Source of the DNA: Candidatus Nanohaloarchaea archaeon | GTDB taxonomy: Archaea; Nanohalarchaeota; Nanosalinia; Nanosalinales; Nanosalinaceae | Assembly (NCBI GenBank): GCA_042217505.1 | Contig: JBDGSN010000007.1 | Location: 2,700 to 66,699 of the forward strand | Reading direction: 5' to 3' | Length of the DNA stretch: 64,000 nt | In this document: piece after piece, positions 50,539 to 59,878 of the stretch | Layout of the letters: each line of letters opens with the position of its first letter | How positions within the stretch are numbered: position 1 is the stretch's first letter | The notes under the pieces: model-generated | What the model saw: only the letters and a program-made list of their open reading frames with translations | Databases searched by the model: none | What the model was told of the DNA's origin: nothing | Program-made: the position numbers and the translations under genes

Positions 50539-50792
50539 GTTTTAACAGGTTGACGTGTTCGACAAGAGCAAACATGTTTTCTGAATTGTAATGGTTGTTT
50601 TATACAGTCCGTGAGAAACTTTTCAACGGGAGGGGAAAATAATTCCAACTGTTGTGAAACAGCTTGGTTTCTGTAGGGTCTGCGGTAACTCTGTACTTGC
50701 GGACCAGGAGTTCACAGAGACCGATGACGGCTTTATCCACGAGAGCTGCCTTTAAACGGCATGCCAGCTTCTTTTTCCCTTTTTATTTTATC

Positions 50793-51032
50793 CTAGATCT
50801 CTCTATCGATGAGGAATAGATAGGTCTTATCCTTGTGTATATGTGCTCTGGAGCCACTGTAATCATCATCGCTATGATATGTTCCGAGCTCCATGTTACG
50901 TGCCTTTATCCATGAGAAACCTGCATCTGAAAGCCGGTCTTTCACGTAATCCGTGTCGGACTGGCTGACATACATCTCATCTTTTTCATCGACATCTGTT
51001 TCCTCCCATTCAACCCCGAAGAACTCTGGCAT
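50793..51032 (-). CDS. hypothetical acidic protein (79 aa)
   Basis: Clean ORF. No family recognised. Confidence 0.4.
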   Translation of the reverse strand: MPEFFGVEWEETDVDEKDEMYVSQSDTDYVKDRLSDAGFSWIKARNMELGTYHSDDDYSGSRAHIHKDKTYLFLIDREI

Positions 51033-51072
51033 CCCGGACTGTTATTAACACGTGAAAGTTAAATCGTTGACG

Positions 51073-52215
51073 CTAGAACGTGTCCAGTTCACCTTTGACA
51101 ACGAGATCTGTGACCCGTGTCACATCCTTTAGGTTCTCTAGGACGACTTCTTCTATAGAGTCTCTTCCAGCTTCAGAGCTTACGTGGACGACAAGAGGCT
51201 CATCTATAGGCGATCCGATCTGGGAAAGGATCTTCACCTGTGCGAACTCTCCTGACTCCTGATTAATCTCCCTTGCTATCTTGCTTGATAGAAGGTTGTA
51301 GATCTTTCCGACGTGGGTTACTGGATTCTTCCCTGAAGCAGCCTCCATGCTCATCGACCTGTTAGGAGTTATTAACCCGTTGACACGGTTGCCTCTTCCA
51401 ACGCTTCCATCGTCCCCCATCTCAGCTGAGGTGCCTGTAACGGTTATGTAGACCGAACCGTGATCGATATCGTCAGCAGTGTTGACGTTGACCTCGACTT
51501 CAAGATCGGTATGTTCTCTAGCTTTTTCAAGAGCTGCTTCTTCCACATCCTTCTTGAACTGGATATACTCCTCGATATCGGCTATCCGGGAGTCAATCGC
51601 TGCCACAGCGATGGTAAGTATCATCTTATCGCCTCTTCTAAGCCCCATCACTTTGATATCCTCTCCCCCTGCAGGTATCTGTTTTATCCTTTTCTCCATA
51701 TTTCTGACGATCCTCTCAGTGTCAGAAAGCGGTGCGTGACCTACCCCGAAGCTTGTATCGTTAGACTTGGGAACCCCTTCTCTTGTGAAAACATCTTTCA
51801 GGTCTGTCGAGGTCTCGCCTATCTTCGATTCGAACTCGATATCGTCGCTGCTCAGGACCTTGAAGTTGTTATCGATATAGTCTTTTGCGGCTTCAAGCGC
51901 TATCCTGTCCACAGGGATCTTTTCTCCATCGAACTCTTTCGTTGCTCTGCCTGTCAGAAGTATGTATATCGGGTCGACTATCTCTCCGCCTCCGAAATCA
52001 GGATCTGACTCTCCTGCGACCAGCTGGACTTCATCCGTGTTATGGTGCAGTATCTTGCCGAATCTTTTCCTGTACTCTCTGCAGAGCGCTCTTGAAACCG
52101 ACTCCGCTATACCGTCGGATATAGAATCTGGGTGTCCTGTGCCCTTTCTCTCCACCAGTTCTGTGGAATCCTTCTTGATCGGATCCCCGGACTCATCTAT
52201 CTCAATGTTATTCAT
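51073..52215 (-). CDS. mat: archaeal-type S-adenosylmethionine synthetase
   Basis: [74 protein letters not shown]. Very close to the archaeal MAT pattern. Confidence 0.95.
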   Translation of the reverse strand: MNNIEIDESGDPIKKDSTELVERKGTGHPDSISDGIAESVSRALCREYRKRFGKILHHNTDEVQLVAGESDPDFGGGEIVDPIYILLTGRATKEFDGEKIPVDRIALEAAKDYIDNNFKVLSSDDIEFESKIGETSTDLKDVFTREGVPKSNDTSFGVGHAPLSDTERIVRNMEKRIKQIPAGGEDIKVMGLRRGDKMILTIAVAAIDSRIADIEEYIQFKKDVEEAALEKAREHTDLEVEVNVNTADDIDHGSVYITVTGTSAEMGDDGSVGRGNRVNGLITPNRSMSMEAASGKNPVTHVGKIYNLLSSKIAREINQESGEFAQVKILSQIGSPIDEPLVVHVSSEAGRDSIEEVVLENLKDVTRVTDLVVKGELDTF

Positions 52216-52221
52216 ATTATT

Positions 52222-52806
52222 TCACCGCTTCTCGTTGCCGAGCCTTGAACCTGTGGCGCCTGTCTGCCCCATGTATTTTGAGTCTTTCTTGTCTCCGTAA
52301 GGCTTCTCTGCCTCGCTCGTCATGGTTTCGAAGACCACCTGGCAGATCCTGTCTTCGGGGTAAAGTTTGACAGGTGCGTTTCCAAGGTTCTGTATCTCGA
52401 GCGTTATCTCGCCTTCAAAGCCGGGGTCGATATAGCCAGCGGTGGCATGTACTATTATACCAAGTCTTCCGTAACTGCTTCTTCCTTCAACTCTTGCGAC
52501 CAGATCGTTAGGGACGTTTATGTTTTCCAGAGTGCTTCCAAGTATGAACTCTCCTGGATGGATGACGACTCCTTCATCCGACTCATGCCTCTCCTTGTTC
52601 ACGTAGTTGCTGTACTTCTTCATGTCCCTGGTGTCGACCATCTCCACCTTTCTGGTATTGAGGACGCCGAATTCGTATCCCAGTCTCAGATCCATTGAAG
52701 AAGGGCCAAGCTGGAGATCGAAATCGATCTCAGGTCCTTCTTCGACTGTAACTGCGTTTTCCTTTTTTACTAGCCCTCTAATATCTTGGTCGGAGAGTAT
52801 AGCCAT
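52222..52806 (-). CDS. dcd: dCTP deaminase (dUTPase superfamily)
   Basis: MAILSDQDI..., SSMDLRLG, GRSSYGRLGI. ATG at 52806 is preferred. Confidence 0.9.
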   Translation of the reverse strand: MAILSDQDIRGLVKKENAVTVEEGPEIDFDLQLGPSSMDLRLGYEFGVLNTRKVEMVDTRDMKKYSNYVNKERHESDEGVVIHPGEFILGSTLENINVPNDLVARVEGRSSYGRLGIIVHATAGYIDPGFEGEITLEIQNLGNAPVKLYPEDRICQVVFETMTSEAEKPYGDKKDSKYMGQTGATGSRLGNEKR

Positions 52807-52860
52807 GTATTCATTTAGGGACGGCATTTCTTTTATTCATTCACCACGCATAACATCTCC

Positions 52861-54330
52861 ATGAAACGACTTTTCATCGTACTGCTTCTTGCACTAGTTA
52901 TCCTGGCACCTACAGCCGCTGCAAAAACGACTGTTCAGGAGGTCCAGTATGCGATGAATATAAACCTGCACGACGCCTATGTCAACACTTCGATTGTTGT
53001 CAACTGTGATATCTACTGCAGCGGGATCCAGTGGCAGCTACCGGATAACAGCAACGTGCTTTTCGTGAATGACAGTGGAGGAAAAGCAGACTACAGTGTT
53101 AAAGGTGATATGTTGAGTATCTCCGGTCACTCTGCTGCAGGGATGGATTCGGAAACCTACAGGATAGGTACACATATCGACAGTAACCCGGAGGAGGTTG
53201 AGAAAGGGCTCTACAAGTGGAGGATATCTATTCCGTCGTTCTCGGATGTGAAGACAACCGGTTTCATACATGCCGACAACCTCATATCTGGTTGGATAGG
53301 ATTCGGTTTCGACTACAGCTTCAATGGAGATGAGATGAAGTTCAAAGGCACGGGTCCAACAACGGTGAGAGTTAACTTTGGAAAGGGTGAACAGAAAGAG
53401 TACTACACGGTTTTCGGTAACACGATGGAAGACCTGAAACAGCCTTATGAGATACCAGTGGGCACTCTTGGAGTCGTCCAGGATTTCCGACGTTTCCCGG
53501 TTGCGGTCATGGATTCTGGCAAGTATGATCGAACGGTTAACAAGTGGAGCGCCGGCGAGTACATAGCGGGAAGCATCCGGGTCAGAGATAACCTGGATGA
53601 GGACTTTGTACCCATACTTGCACACGAGACAGTTCACGGATTGAATGATAGACGACTGAGATGGGATGGCACTAACTCTGCTTACTTCGATGAGGGTACA
53701 GCGACCTACTTTGAATACCTGATGAAGAACAAGCTGTACAGTGACAGGGAGATCGATGTAGGTCCAGCAGCGTTATTCGGCAAGGACCGGACTTATAAAG
53801 TGAAGAAAGGCCACCAGCTCTACACGTACACTGTCCCTTCTAGAGGGGATAGAGATGAGTTATGGAACTATTACCAGGACAACAGAGATTTCATGAAAAA
53901 ATGGAATGCATACGATTATCCCCAGGTAAGGGATTTCGGTTACGCATACTCCCAGCTCATAATCCGGAACTATGTAGCCAACCGGAACGGTTCTTTAAGA
54001 GAGGTTTACCGGGATATGGACTTCGATCACAAGATCACAGATCCTGATGTAAAATGGCGGTTCTTCAGTAACCATATGGATATGACTCCGTGTGACTACA
54101 GTTCAAGGGACCGGTTCGATGCCTGTCTTGACAGGATAAACAGTTACGACTACCCGGTTTACTCCGCAGCACCTAATTCTGCCCAGAGAGAGCTGGATAT
54201 CAAGAAGGTTGAGATACCGAACAGGACGAGAACAGACTACGGCAGCAGCTTCAACACTCGGAGTATCGTGGATTCGATAAACGGTTTCATCGACTGGTTG
54301 GTCAGTTTCTTCAATTCTCTAGGTCGATGA
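52861..54330 (+). CDS. secreted M1-like gluzincin metallopeptidase
   Basis: Signal peptide MKRLFIVLLLALVILAPTAAA. LAHETVHGLNDRRLRWDGTNSAYFDEGTATYFEY fits HExxH-X18-E with an EG.ATY context. Confidence 0.7.
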   Translation: MKRLFIVLLLALVILAPTAAAKTTVQEVQYAMNINLHDAYVNTSIVVNCDIYCSGIQWQLPDNSNVLFVNDSGGKADYSVKGDMLSISGHSAAGMDSETYRIGTHIDSNPEEVEKGLYKWRISIPSFSDVKTTGFIHADNLISGWIGFGFDYSFNGDEMKFKGTGPTTVRVNFGKGEQKEYYTVFGNTMEDLKQPYEIPVGTLGVVQDFRRFPVAVMDSGKYDRTVNKWSAGEYIAGSIRVRDNLDEDFVPILAHETVHGLNDRRLRWDGTNSAYFDEGTATYFEYLMKNKLYSDREIDVGPAALFGKDRTYKVKKGHQLYTYTVPSRGDRDELWNYYQDNRDFMKKWNAYDYPQVRDFGYAYSQLIIRNYVANRNGSLREVYRDMDFDHKITDPDVKWRFFSNHMDMTPCDYSSRDRFDACLDRINSYDYPVYSAAPNSAQRELDIKKVEIPNRTRTDYGSSFNTRSIVDSINGFIDWLVSFFNSLGR

Positions 54331-54682
54331 GTTTTTCCTTCAGTTCAGGGTACTGGTACCCGCCCAGTCCGTCGCTGGCGACTATGCGGTGACATGGGAT
54401 GATTATGGGAACTGGATTTCTACCGCCTCCCTGTCCGATCGCTACAGGAGAACTGTCGATCTTTTTCGCAAGTTCTCCATAGGTCATGGTCTCGCCGTAG
54501 CCTATTCGGGACATCGCTTTCATAACTTCCCCGGTGAAGCTATCCGGGTACTCTATATCAAGATCGAAAATCTTTCTTTCACCTTTCAGGTACTCCCTTA
54601 GCTGTCTACGTATCTCCTTTTCCTCACCGTCTATGAGTGATTCTTTGAATCGGACTTCTGCGCCCAGGATCTTGGCTTCCAT
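54311..54682 (-). CDS. ogt: methylated-DNA-protein-cysteine methyltransferase
   Basis: Active site IIIPCHRIV. 20-nt 3' overlap with the convergent peptidase gene. Confidence 0.9.
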   Translation of the reverse strand: MEAKILGAEVRFKESLIDGEEKEIRRQLREYLKGERKIFDLDIEYPDSFTGEVMKAMSRIGYGETMTYGELAKKIDSSPVAIGQGGGRNPVPIIIPCHRIVASDGLGGYQYPELKEKLIDLEN

Positions 54683-54694
54683 AGTTTTACATAG

Positions 54695-55381
54695 TTGAGG
54701 AAGCTGAGATCATTCATGGTTCTTGAAACAGCTGTACAGCAGATACTCGCACTTATCGCCCAGCACGGAGTAATAGCCGTTATGGCGGGGATGGTTATAG
54801 AAGAGGTCATAGTGCCAATACCGTCGCCGGTGATACCGATGGCGGCCGGTTTCATGCTGATAAACGCCACTACTATCCCGGCAGCGCTTGTACAGGTGCT
54901 TTTCATGATCGCACTTCCAGCTTCGATAGCATCTGTTGTAAGCTCCTACTTTGTATACGGTATAGCATACTTCGGCGGTAAACCTGTTCTTGAGAAGTAC
55001 GGTAGATACATCGATGTTTCATGGGAGGAAGTCAGGCATCTGGAAGGATATTTTGACTCCGGAAAGGAGAAATACTACGTCGCCGGTTTCCGTGCAGTTC
55101 CTATCGTACCCCTTTCCCTGATATCCGGTAGTGCTGGACTGTTCAGGATGGACTGGAAGACCTACGGCATCTGGAGTTTCATAGGTATGATGCCGAGGAA
55201 CTTTGTGCTCGGCTTCATCGGCTGGTACGTCAAGGATGACTTCATGGCCCTGGCATCCAAGATAGATACTGTTTCAACTGCTATAGCCGTTGCAGTTGCA
55301 GGTATTATCGCCGCATGGGTGATCTACAGGAACGTGAAGGATCTCTACAGGAAGTTCCTTATCGAGGATTCAGTACTTTGA
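54695..55381 (+). CDS. DedA/VTT-domain membrane protein
   Basis: YYVAGFRAVPIVPLSLISGSAGLFRMDWKTY resembles the DedA signature. Alternative ATG at 54716. Confidence 0.65.
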   Translation: MRKLRSFMVLETAVQQILALIAQHGVIAVMAGMVIEEVIVPIPSPVIPMAAGFMLINATTIPAALVQVLFMIALPASIASVVSSYFVYGIAYFGGKPVLEKYGRYIDVSWEEVRHLEGYFDSGKEKYYVAGFRAVPIVPLSLISGSAGLFRMDWKTYGIWSFIGMMPRNFVLGFIGWYVKDDFMALASKIDTVSTAIAVAVAGIIAAWVIYRNVKDLYRKFLIEDSVL

Positions 55382-55948
55382 TTCCCGTTTTCTCGCTTCT
55401 TCCAGAGACTGCTTTATCTGGTCGTTGACGTTCTTCTTCGCTGCTTCTTCGTGGCCGCAGTACATCTCTTTCACATCAAGATCTGCTATCTTTTCTATCG
55501 ACTCTATGAGCTCATTTCTGTCACCTTCGTCTAAATCAGTTCTCCCAAAACTTCCGTCAGGGAAGATCAGGTCGCCGGTGAATAGTATACCTGAATCGCT
55601 GTAGAGGCATATGGAATCGTTTTTGTGTCCCGGAGTGTGTAAGATCCTGAACTCTTCGCCGGCCAGTTCAAGTGCATCGTCTTCAGAGATCTTTTCGGCA
55701 TCGACAGGAAGATTTCCTGGTTCGTAGGCGTATATCTCGGCGTCGAACATGTTCATTATCTTCGGCAGGTTGTCGACGTGATCATAATGAGAATGGGTTA
55801 TAACGACTTTTTCCACATTCTCCAGTTTGAGTATCCTTTCCCAGCAGGTATCGGTGCCAGTATCGATAAGAACGTTTTCAGAGTTTTCCATCAGCCAGAC
55901 GTTGCCTGTGAATCCTTCAGTGTCCTCGGCGAGATTGGTTACCTTCAT
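55370..55948 (-). CDS. MBL-fold metallo-hydrolase
   Basis: ITHSHYDHVDN (HxHxDH) and HTPGH. Confidence 0.85.
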   Translation of the reverse strand: MKVTNLAEDTEGFTGNVWLMENSENVLIDTGTDTCWERILKLENVEKVVITHSHYDHVDNLPKIMNMFDAEIYAYEPGNLPVDAEKISEDDALELAGEEFRILHTPGHKNDSICLYSDSGILFTGDLIFPDGSFGRTDLDEGDRNELIESIEKIADLDVKEMYCGHEEAAKKNVNDQIKQSLEEARKRESKY

Positions 55949-55992
55949 GTATCAGGTTGTTAATGCATAATAGAAAAAATGGAGGGGGAAAG

Positions 55993-56136
55993 TTATCTGT
56001 TAAGCAGTCCGGAAACTGAGCCGGCTTCATGCAGCGGGGCCTGGAGATCTTCCACGCCTCCTGTTTCGACTCTACCATGGTATGCGTCATCTGTGCTTCC
56101 GACCAAGGTACCTCTTTCTTCATCATAGTCTATCAT
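55993..56136 (-). CDS. possible small acidic ORF (47 aa)
   Basis: Hand translation gives MIDYDEERGTLVGSTDDAYHGRVETGGVEDLQAPLHEAGSVSGLLNR. It is the only protein-like frame in the 315-bp gap. No clear promoter or Shine-Dalgarno site. Confidence 0.25.
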   Translation of the reverse strand: MIDYDEERGTLVGSTDDAYHGRVETGGVEDLQAPLHEAGSVSGLLNR

Positions 56137-56263
56137 CTCCAGCTCCTGCTTCCGGTCATCTTCTTCTCGATAATGTCTGCCGCTGTCAAAAATATTTACT
56201 ATCTAGTGACAACAATTTATATCTGTTCTGGTCTCTCATCTTTGACACCAACAGAGATCTGTT

Positions 56264-57082
56264 CTAGTTGCCTTCAAGAGCGTCTATCGCTATTGAGGCA
56301 GCGACCAGGGATTCCTTTGGTATATCTTCTGGATCGTCTATCTCTATGCTGTATGCATCCCTGATACTGAACTTTCCTTTTATCCGTCCGATCTCTCTAT
56401 CATCAGGATTCTTTATGACATACGAGTGTGGTATGAACGCAAATATATTCGGTAATACAGGTATGAAACCGCCGAGAACTCTGAGAACGGCTACCGCTTC
56501 ATTGGCACTTTCCACGTTGGCGAGAAGTCTTTCGTCGCTGTCTCCTGATTTGATCTTCCAGTGATGGGTGAATATTGTGTAGTTTCTTTTGAGCACTGCC
56601 ACTTTGTCCCCGGACTCCTCGTCTACGACTGCGTAATCTCCAGCTACATCGATTATCTTCTGGCCCTTGACCCTGAATACCACGTCGCCGTCGGCGTTGT
56701 AAAATGGTACCTTCTCCTTCAACCTGAACAGTTTCTGCTTCGCCCTGAGAATAAGTTCGTCATCGTCGTCCCAGACCTTGTACCGGTTAAGGATGAAGTT
56801 CTGCCTTACTCTGTAGACATCCCCGGATAGGTCGACACCGCCGATAACGTCTTTATCTGTCTGAGAGACCGTTTCGACCTGTTCATCCCCTGTCTCACCG
56901 GTGGGTTTACTGGGGTCCTGTCCCTGTTCAAGCTTTCTTCTCAGATCATGGACTGCCTGTTGTATCCTTTTCTGATCGACTCCTTCGTCCTGGAGAGTCC
57001 TGTTTATCTCGTCTATAGAATAACCGTCCTGAAATGCGTTTTCTATCCAGTTCTCAAGCTCTTGCTGCTCCATCAACCACAA
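56264..57082 (-). CDS. LURP-one-related / tubby-C-like (DUF567-type) protein with N-terminal helical domain
   Basis: YRVRQNFILNRYKVWDDDDELILRAKQKLFRLKEKVPFYNADGDVVFRVKGQ... has the repeated beta-hairpin pattern typical of the fold. Confidence 0.55.
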   Translation of the reverse strand: MWLMEQQELENWIENAFQDGYSIDEINRTLQDEGVDQKRIQQAVHDLRRKLEQGQDPSKPTGETGDEQVETVSQTDKDVIGGVDLSGDVYRVRQNFILNRYKVWDDDDELILRAKQKLFRLKEKVPFYNADGDVVFRVKGQKIIDVAGDYAVVDEESGDKVAVLKRNYTIFTHHWKIKSGDSDERLLANVESANEAVAVLRVLGGFIPVLPNIFAFIPHSYVIKNPDDREIGRIKGKFSIRDAYSIEIDDPEDIPKESLVAASIAIDALEGN

Positions 57083-57106
57083 CTTGGAGAAACTCGCTTT
57101 TTAGAT

Positions 57107-59842
57107 TTACCTGATTCTGTAGCGCAGAATCGCAGCGATTCCTCCCATGTTAAGAAGTCTCTGACCTTCCTCGTGGTCGTCGGAAATGATCTCGACATCG
57201 CTGGACATCTCCTCTGCCTTCTCCGCCATCACATCGACTATATCCTGGAACTCCTCAAGGTCCATCTCCTCACCGCATTCATCACAGGTCTTCAAACCGG
57301 AGATCTCTGGATCTTCCTCGAAAACCTTTTTCTCATGGCCGTTCGGACATATATAAGTGGCTTCAAACATATCGTAGCTCTCCGAGATCAGTACTGTGTC
57401 AACAGCCCCCATCTCCATAGCTTTCAGAACATGCTCAAGACCGTACTCTGACTTCCCGTTCTCCTCCTTCAGGTTGGTGAAGAACTCGGTAACAAGGTTC
57501 TTTTCCCGCACTACCTGGGAATCCTCGATAGCGTCTTCCGCCTTCTGCACAAGCTCGCTTAAAGCATCCTCTCCCGAGTAGTTGGTAGATTCCCGAGCAA
57601 CGATCCTTTCCTTCAGTTCGTTGTGAAGATAGTTGTCATCGATAAGCTTGTCCTTCGTGAAACCTGGACCTCCAACGATTATACCGAGAAGCTTATCCTC
57701 CCTCGCTTTTTCAAGGAAAGCGGTCTTCGCCTTGTCCGCTATATCGGAAAGGAATGTTTCATACATCGATTTCCTGATTCGCTCGAATCTCTGGGCTGAG
57801 TTATGTACTATTAGTCCGTTAGCGACAAAGTTTTTGGCTTCTACAGAGATATCTATAGTCCTGTTCTCGCCAATTTCTTCTATCGAATCTATTTTCGCTG
57901 GAAGTATTTCCGGTTGAGATATTGCTTCTAAATCATTCTTGAGGTTTCCAGAGGAGTTTTGTACGAAGTTTTTGTTAAATGCTTTCTTACTTATCTCTCT
58001 ATCTCCCTGTAGATAGGTATTCGCAGATTTGAAGTCTTCCATAGTTCTCCCGTGCTCTTCCAACTTCTTTCTGACTTCAGGACCCTGAGTTAATATTTGC
58101 CGGTTATTGTTCCTTGAGTTTAGGTTCTGGACTATTTTTTCTAGTTCAACTGTTTTTCTTTCTGCGGTAAAGCCTATTTTCTCCGCAAATTTTTCAGCCG
58201 ATAGCTGGTCTGAGATACTGATTGTGTAGCGGAGATTGTCTGAGTAAGGATTTTTAGAGTTATCGTAAGTTCTTAGAGAAGAGATTACTCCATATCTCAT
58301 TAATTGCTGTTGAAGTTGCTGCATGAATTTCTTGTTATTTGCAGATATCCCTATTCTGCCTCTTGATTCAGAACAATATCCTTCAGCATCATAGAACCCT
58401 TTAATGAATCCTGAAACGATTTTATCGCCTGATATCATTATTTTTTCAGGTATCTCAGTGTTATGAGATTTCTTGATTTCAGGAAACTCTTTTTCAAATA
58501 GTTTTACTAGGGGTTTTCCAAATGCTCTTAGGTTGTAGTAATTCTTTTCTTCCCTGAATCTGATTGAGGTGTTGCAGCCAAACTTTTTCTCAAGTAATTC
58601 TCTATATTTTTCTGCTACTTCCTTGTCTTGTTCGTGGAAATTGAGCCTCTTCGGGTCAAAGCTTCCATCGCCAGCGAAGTATCCTATTATCTGGGCGAGC
58701 TCATGGTCTATTTCTGTTGGCAGACTGTAGTCTTTCCCTCTACAGTTTTCTCTTACAAAGCTTTCTCCAAGATCAAGCTCTTCAATTAGATCTTCTAAGA
58801 ACTTCCTTTTGATGTCTCGTTCTCCTTTCTCAATTTTTGATATTGCTGTCTGTGTTTTACCTAGTTTCTCTCCAAGTTCTTTCTGGCAAAGATCTTTTTC
58901 CTTTCTTGTCTCCTTGATTTTTTGTCTCCCTTTCTCAGAAATCTTGAATGAATTGTATAGCCTTTCTACATTTAGACTAGGTTTATGACGGCTTGTCTCG
59001 TATTTTTCAGGTAGCAGAAGCTTTTCTCCCTCTGTCAGATCTTCTACATTCCTTGTTTCAACGGTTTTATTGGTTACAAATACTTCATGGTCTCCGCTGG
59101 CTCTAATAGTCATTTTCGGATACTTGGTTTCAATCTTGTACAACTTCTTCTTGTTCTCCCATTTGTCGGTCACTTTGGAGTCTTTCATCCTCATAGAGTT
59201 GAAATCAGCGGATTTGACTCTATCGCCGACTTCTATATCTTGAATCTCTTTTACTTCTCCGTTGGATAGCTGTACAACTGTTTCTGGATGAAGACACTGT
59301 CCTCCGGCTCTTGTCTTCCCGGGAACGTTAGATTCAAGGGTGTAGGCAGTCTTTATACTGTTGCCTTGAAGATAACCTATCGCAGCATCTTGTTTATCTG
59401 CCACTATAAGACCGTAGACCCTGTCATCCACAATCATTTGCCGTAGAGGCTCTAAGACGAATTCTTTATCGCATCTGTAACGACGTGATTCGATTGGCTC
59501 CGGTGGTACGACCTCCCATATCTGGATGTCCGGCCGACCCTCTGTATCGGAAACATTGCCTGAGAAAAACACGACCCCGTTCTCAGGGGTCACAGGCTCT
59601 TCTTTGACTCTTCTACCTATCTTGTCAAGAGCTGCCTTGACATTCTTCCGGGTCTGCTTCGACTTGATGTTCTCCGCTTCGGAAGCTTCCGATGTTATGA
59701 ACTCCGAGATTTTTCCCATATCATAACCTGCCGGGATGTAAAGAGAGACCAGCTCAGTGTTCCGTCCGCGGATATCTTCAAGCTTCTTGATCAGCTTCTT
59801 CAGCTGGTACTTCGACATCTCTGAATGTTTTTCGTTGCTCAT
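57107..59842 (-). CDS. prf1: peptide chain release factor aRF1 interrupted by an intein
   Basis: NIKS motif (AENIKSKQ). GGQ motif split as KTRAGGQ / intein / SAQRFERIRK. The protein is 412 aa after removing 499 aa. Confidence 0.95.
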   Translation of the reverse strand: MSNEKHSEMSKYQLKKLIKKLEDIRGRNTELVSLYIPAGYDMGKISEFITSEASEAENIKSKQTRKNVKAALDKIGRRVKEEPVTPENGVVFFSGNVSDTEGRPDIQIWEVVPPEPIESRRYRCDKEFVLEPLRQMIVDDRVYGLIVADKQDAAIGYLQGNSIKTAYTLESNVPGKTRAGGQCLHPETVVQLSNGEVKEIQDIEVGDRVKSADFNSMRMKDSKVTDKWENKKKLYKIETKYPKMTIRASGDHEVFVTNKTVETRNVEDLTEGEKLLLPEKYETSRHKPSLNVERLYNSFKISEKGRQKIKETRKEKDLCQKELGEKLGKTQTAISKIEKGERDIKRKFLEDLIEELDLGESFVRENCRGKDYSLPTEIDHELAQIIGYFAGDGSFDPKRLNFHEQDKEVAEKYRELLEKKFGCNTSIRFREEKNYYNLRAFGKPLVKLFEKEFPEIKKSHNTEIPEKIMISGDKIVSGFIKGFYDAEGYCSESRGRIGISANNKKFMQQLQQQLMRYGVISSLRTYDNSKNPYSDNLRYTISISDQLSAEKFAEKIGFTAERKTVELEKIVQNLNSRNNNRQILTQGPEVRKKLEEHGRTMEDFKSANTYLQGDREISKKAFNKNFVQNSSGNLKNDLEAISQPEILPAKIDSIEEIGENRTIDISVEAKNFVANGLIVHNSAQRFERIRKSMYETFLSDIADKAKTAFLEKAREDKLLGIIVGGPGFTKDKLIDDNYLHNELKERIVARESTNYSGEDALSELVQKAEDAIEDSQVVREKNLVTEFFTNLKEENGKSEYGLEHVLKAMEMGAVDTVLISESYDMFEATYICPNGHEKKVFEEDPEISGLKTCDECGEEMDLEEFQDIVDVMAEKAEEMSSDVEIISDDHEEGQRLLNMGGIAAILRYRIR
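57800..59296 (-). mobile_element. 499-aa intein (Hint + HTH + LAGLIDADG homing endonuclease) in aRF1
   Basis: Starts CLHPETVVQL, has block B SGDHEVFV, an XRE-like HTH LCQKELGEKLGKTQTAISKIEKGERDI, and LAGLIDADG motifs IIGYFAGDGSF and FIKGFYDAEGY. It ends LIVHN followed by a +1 Ser. AT-rich: a hand count of 58441-58500 gives 17/60 GC, against 31/60 in the extein line 57241-57300. Confidence 0.9.
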
Positions 59843-59878
59843 ATGTAGAAAAGAAGGATGAACACTTTTAACCCTCCT

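Noticed and set aside
50654-50755. 33-aa CxxC...HxxC ORF (VKQLGFCRVCGNSVLADQEFTETDDGFIHESCL) in the 254-bp gap upstream of tatD
   Set aside because: It has only a GTG start, no well-spaced Shine-Dalgarno site and no TATA box. It is too short to judge from composition. It is worth testing with ribosome profiling but not supportable as a feature.
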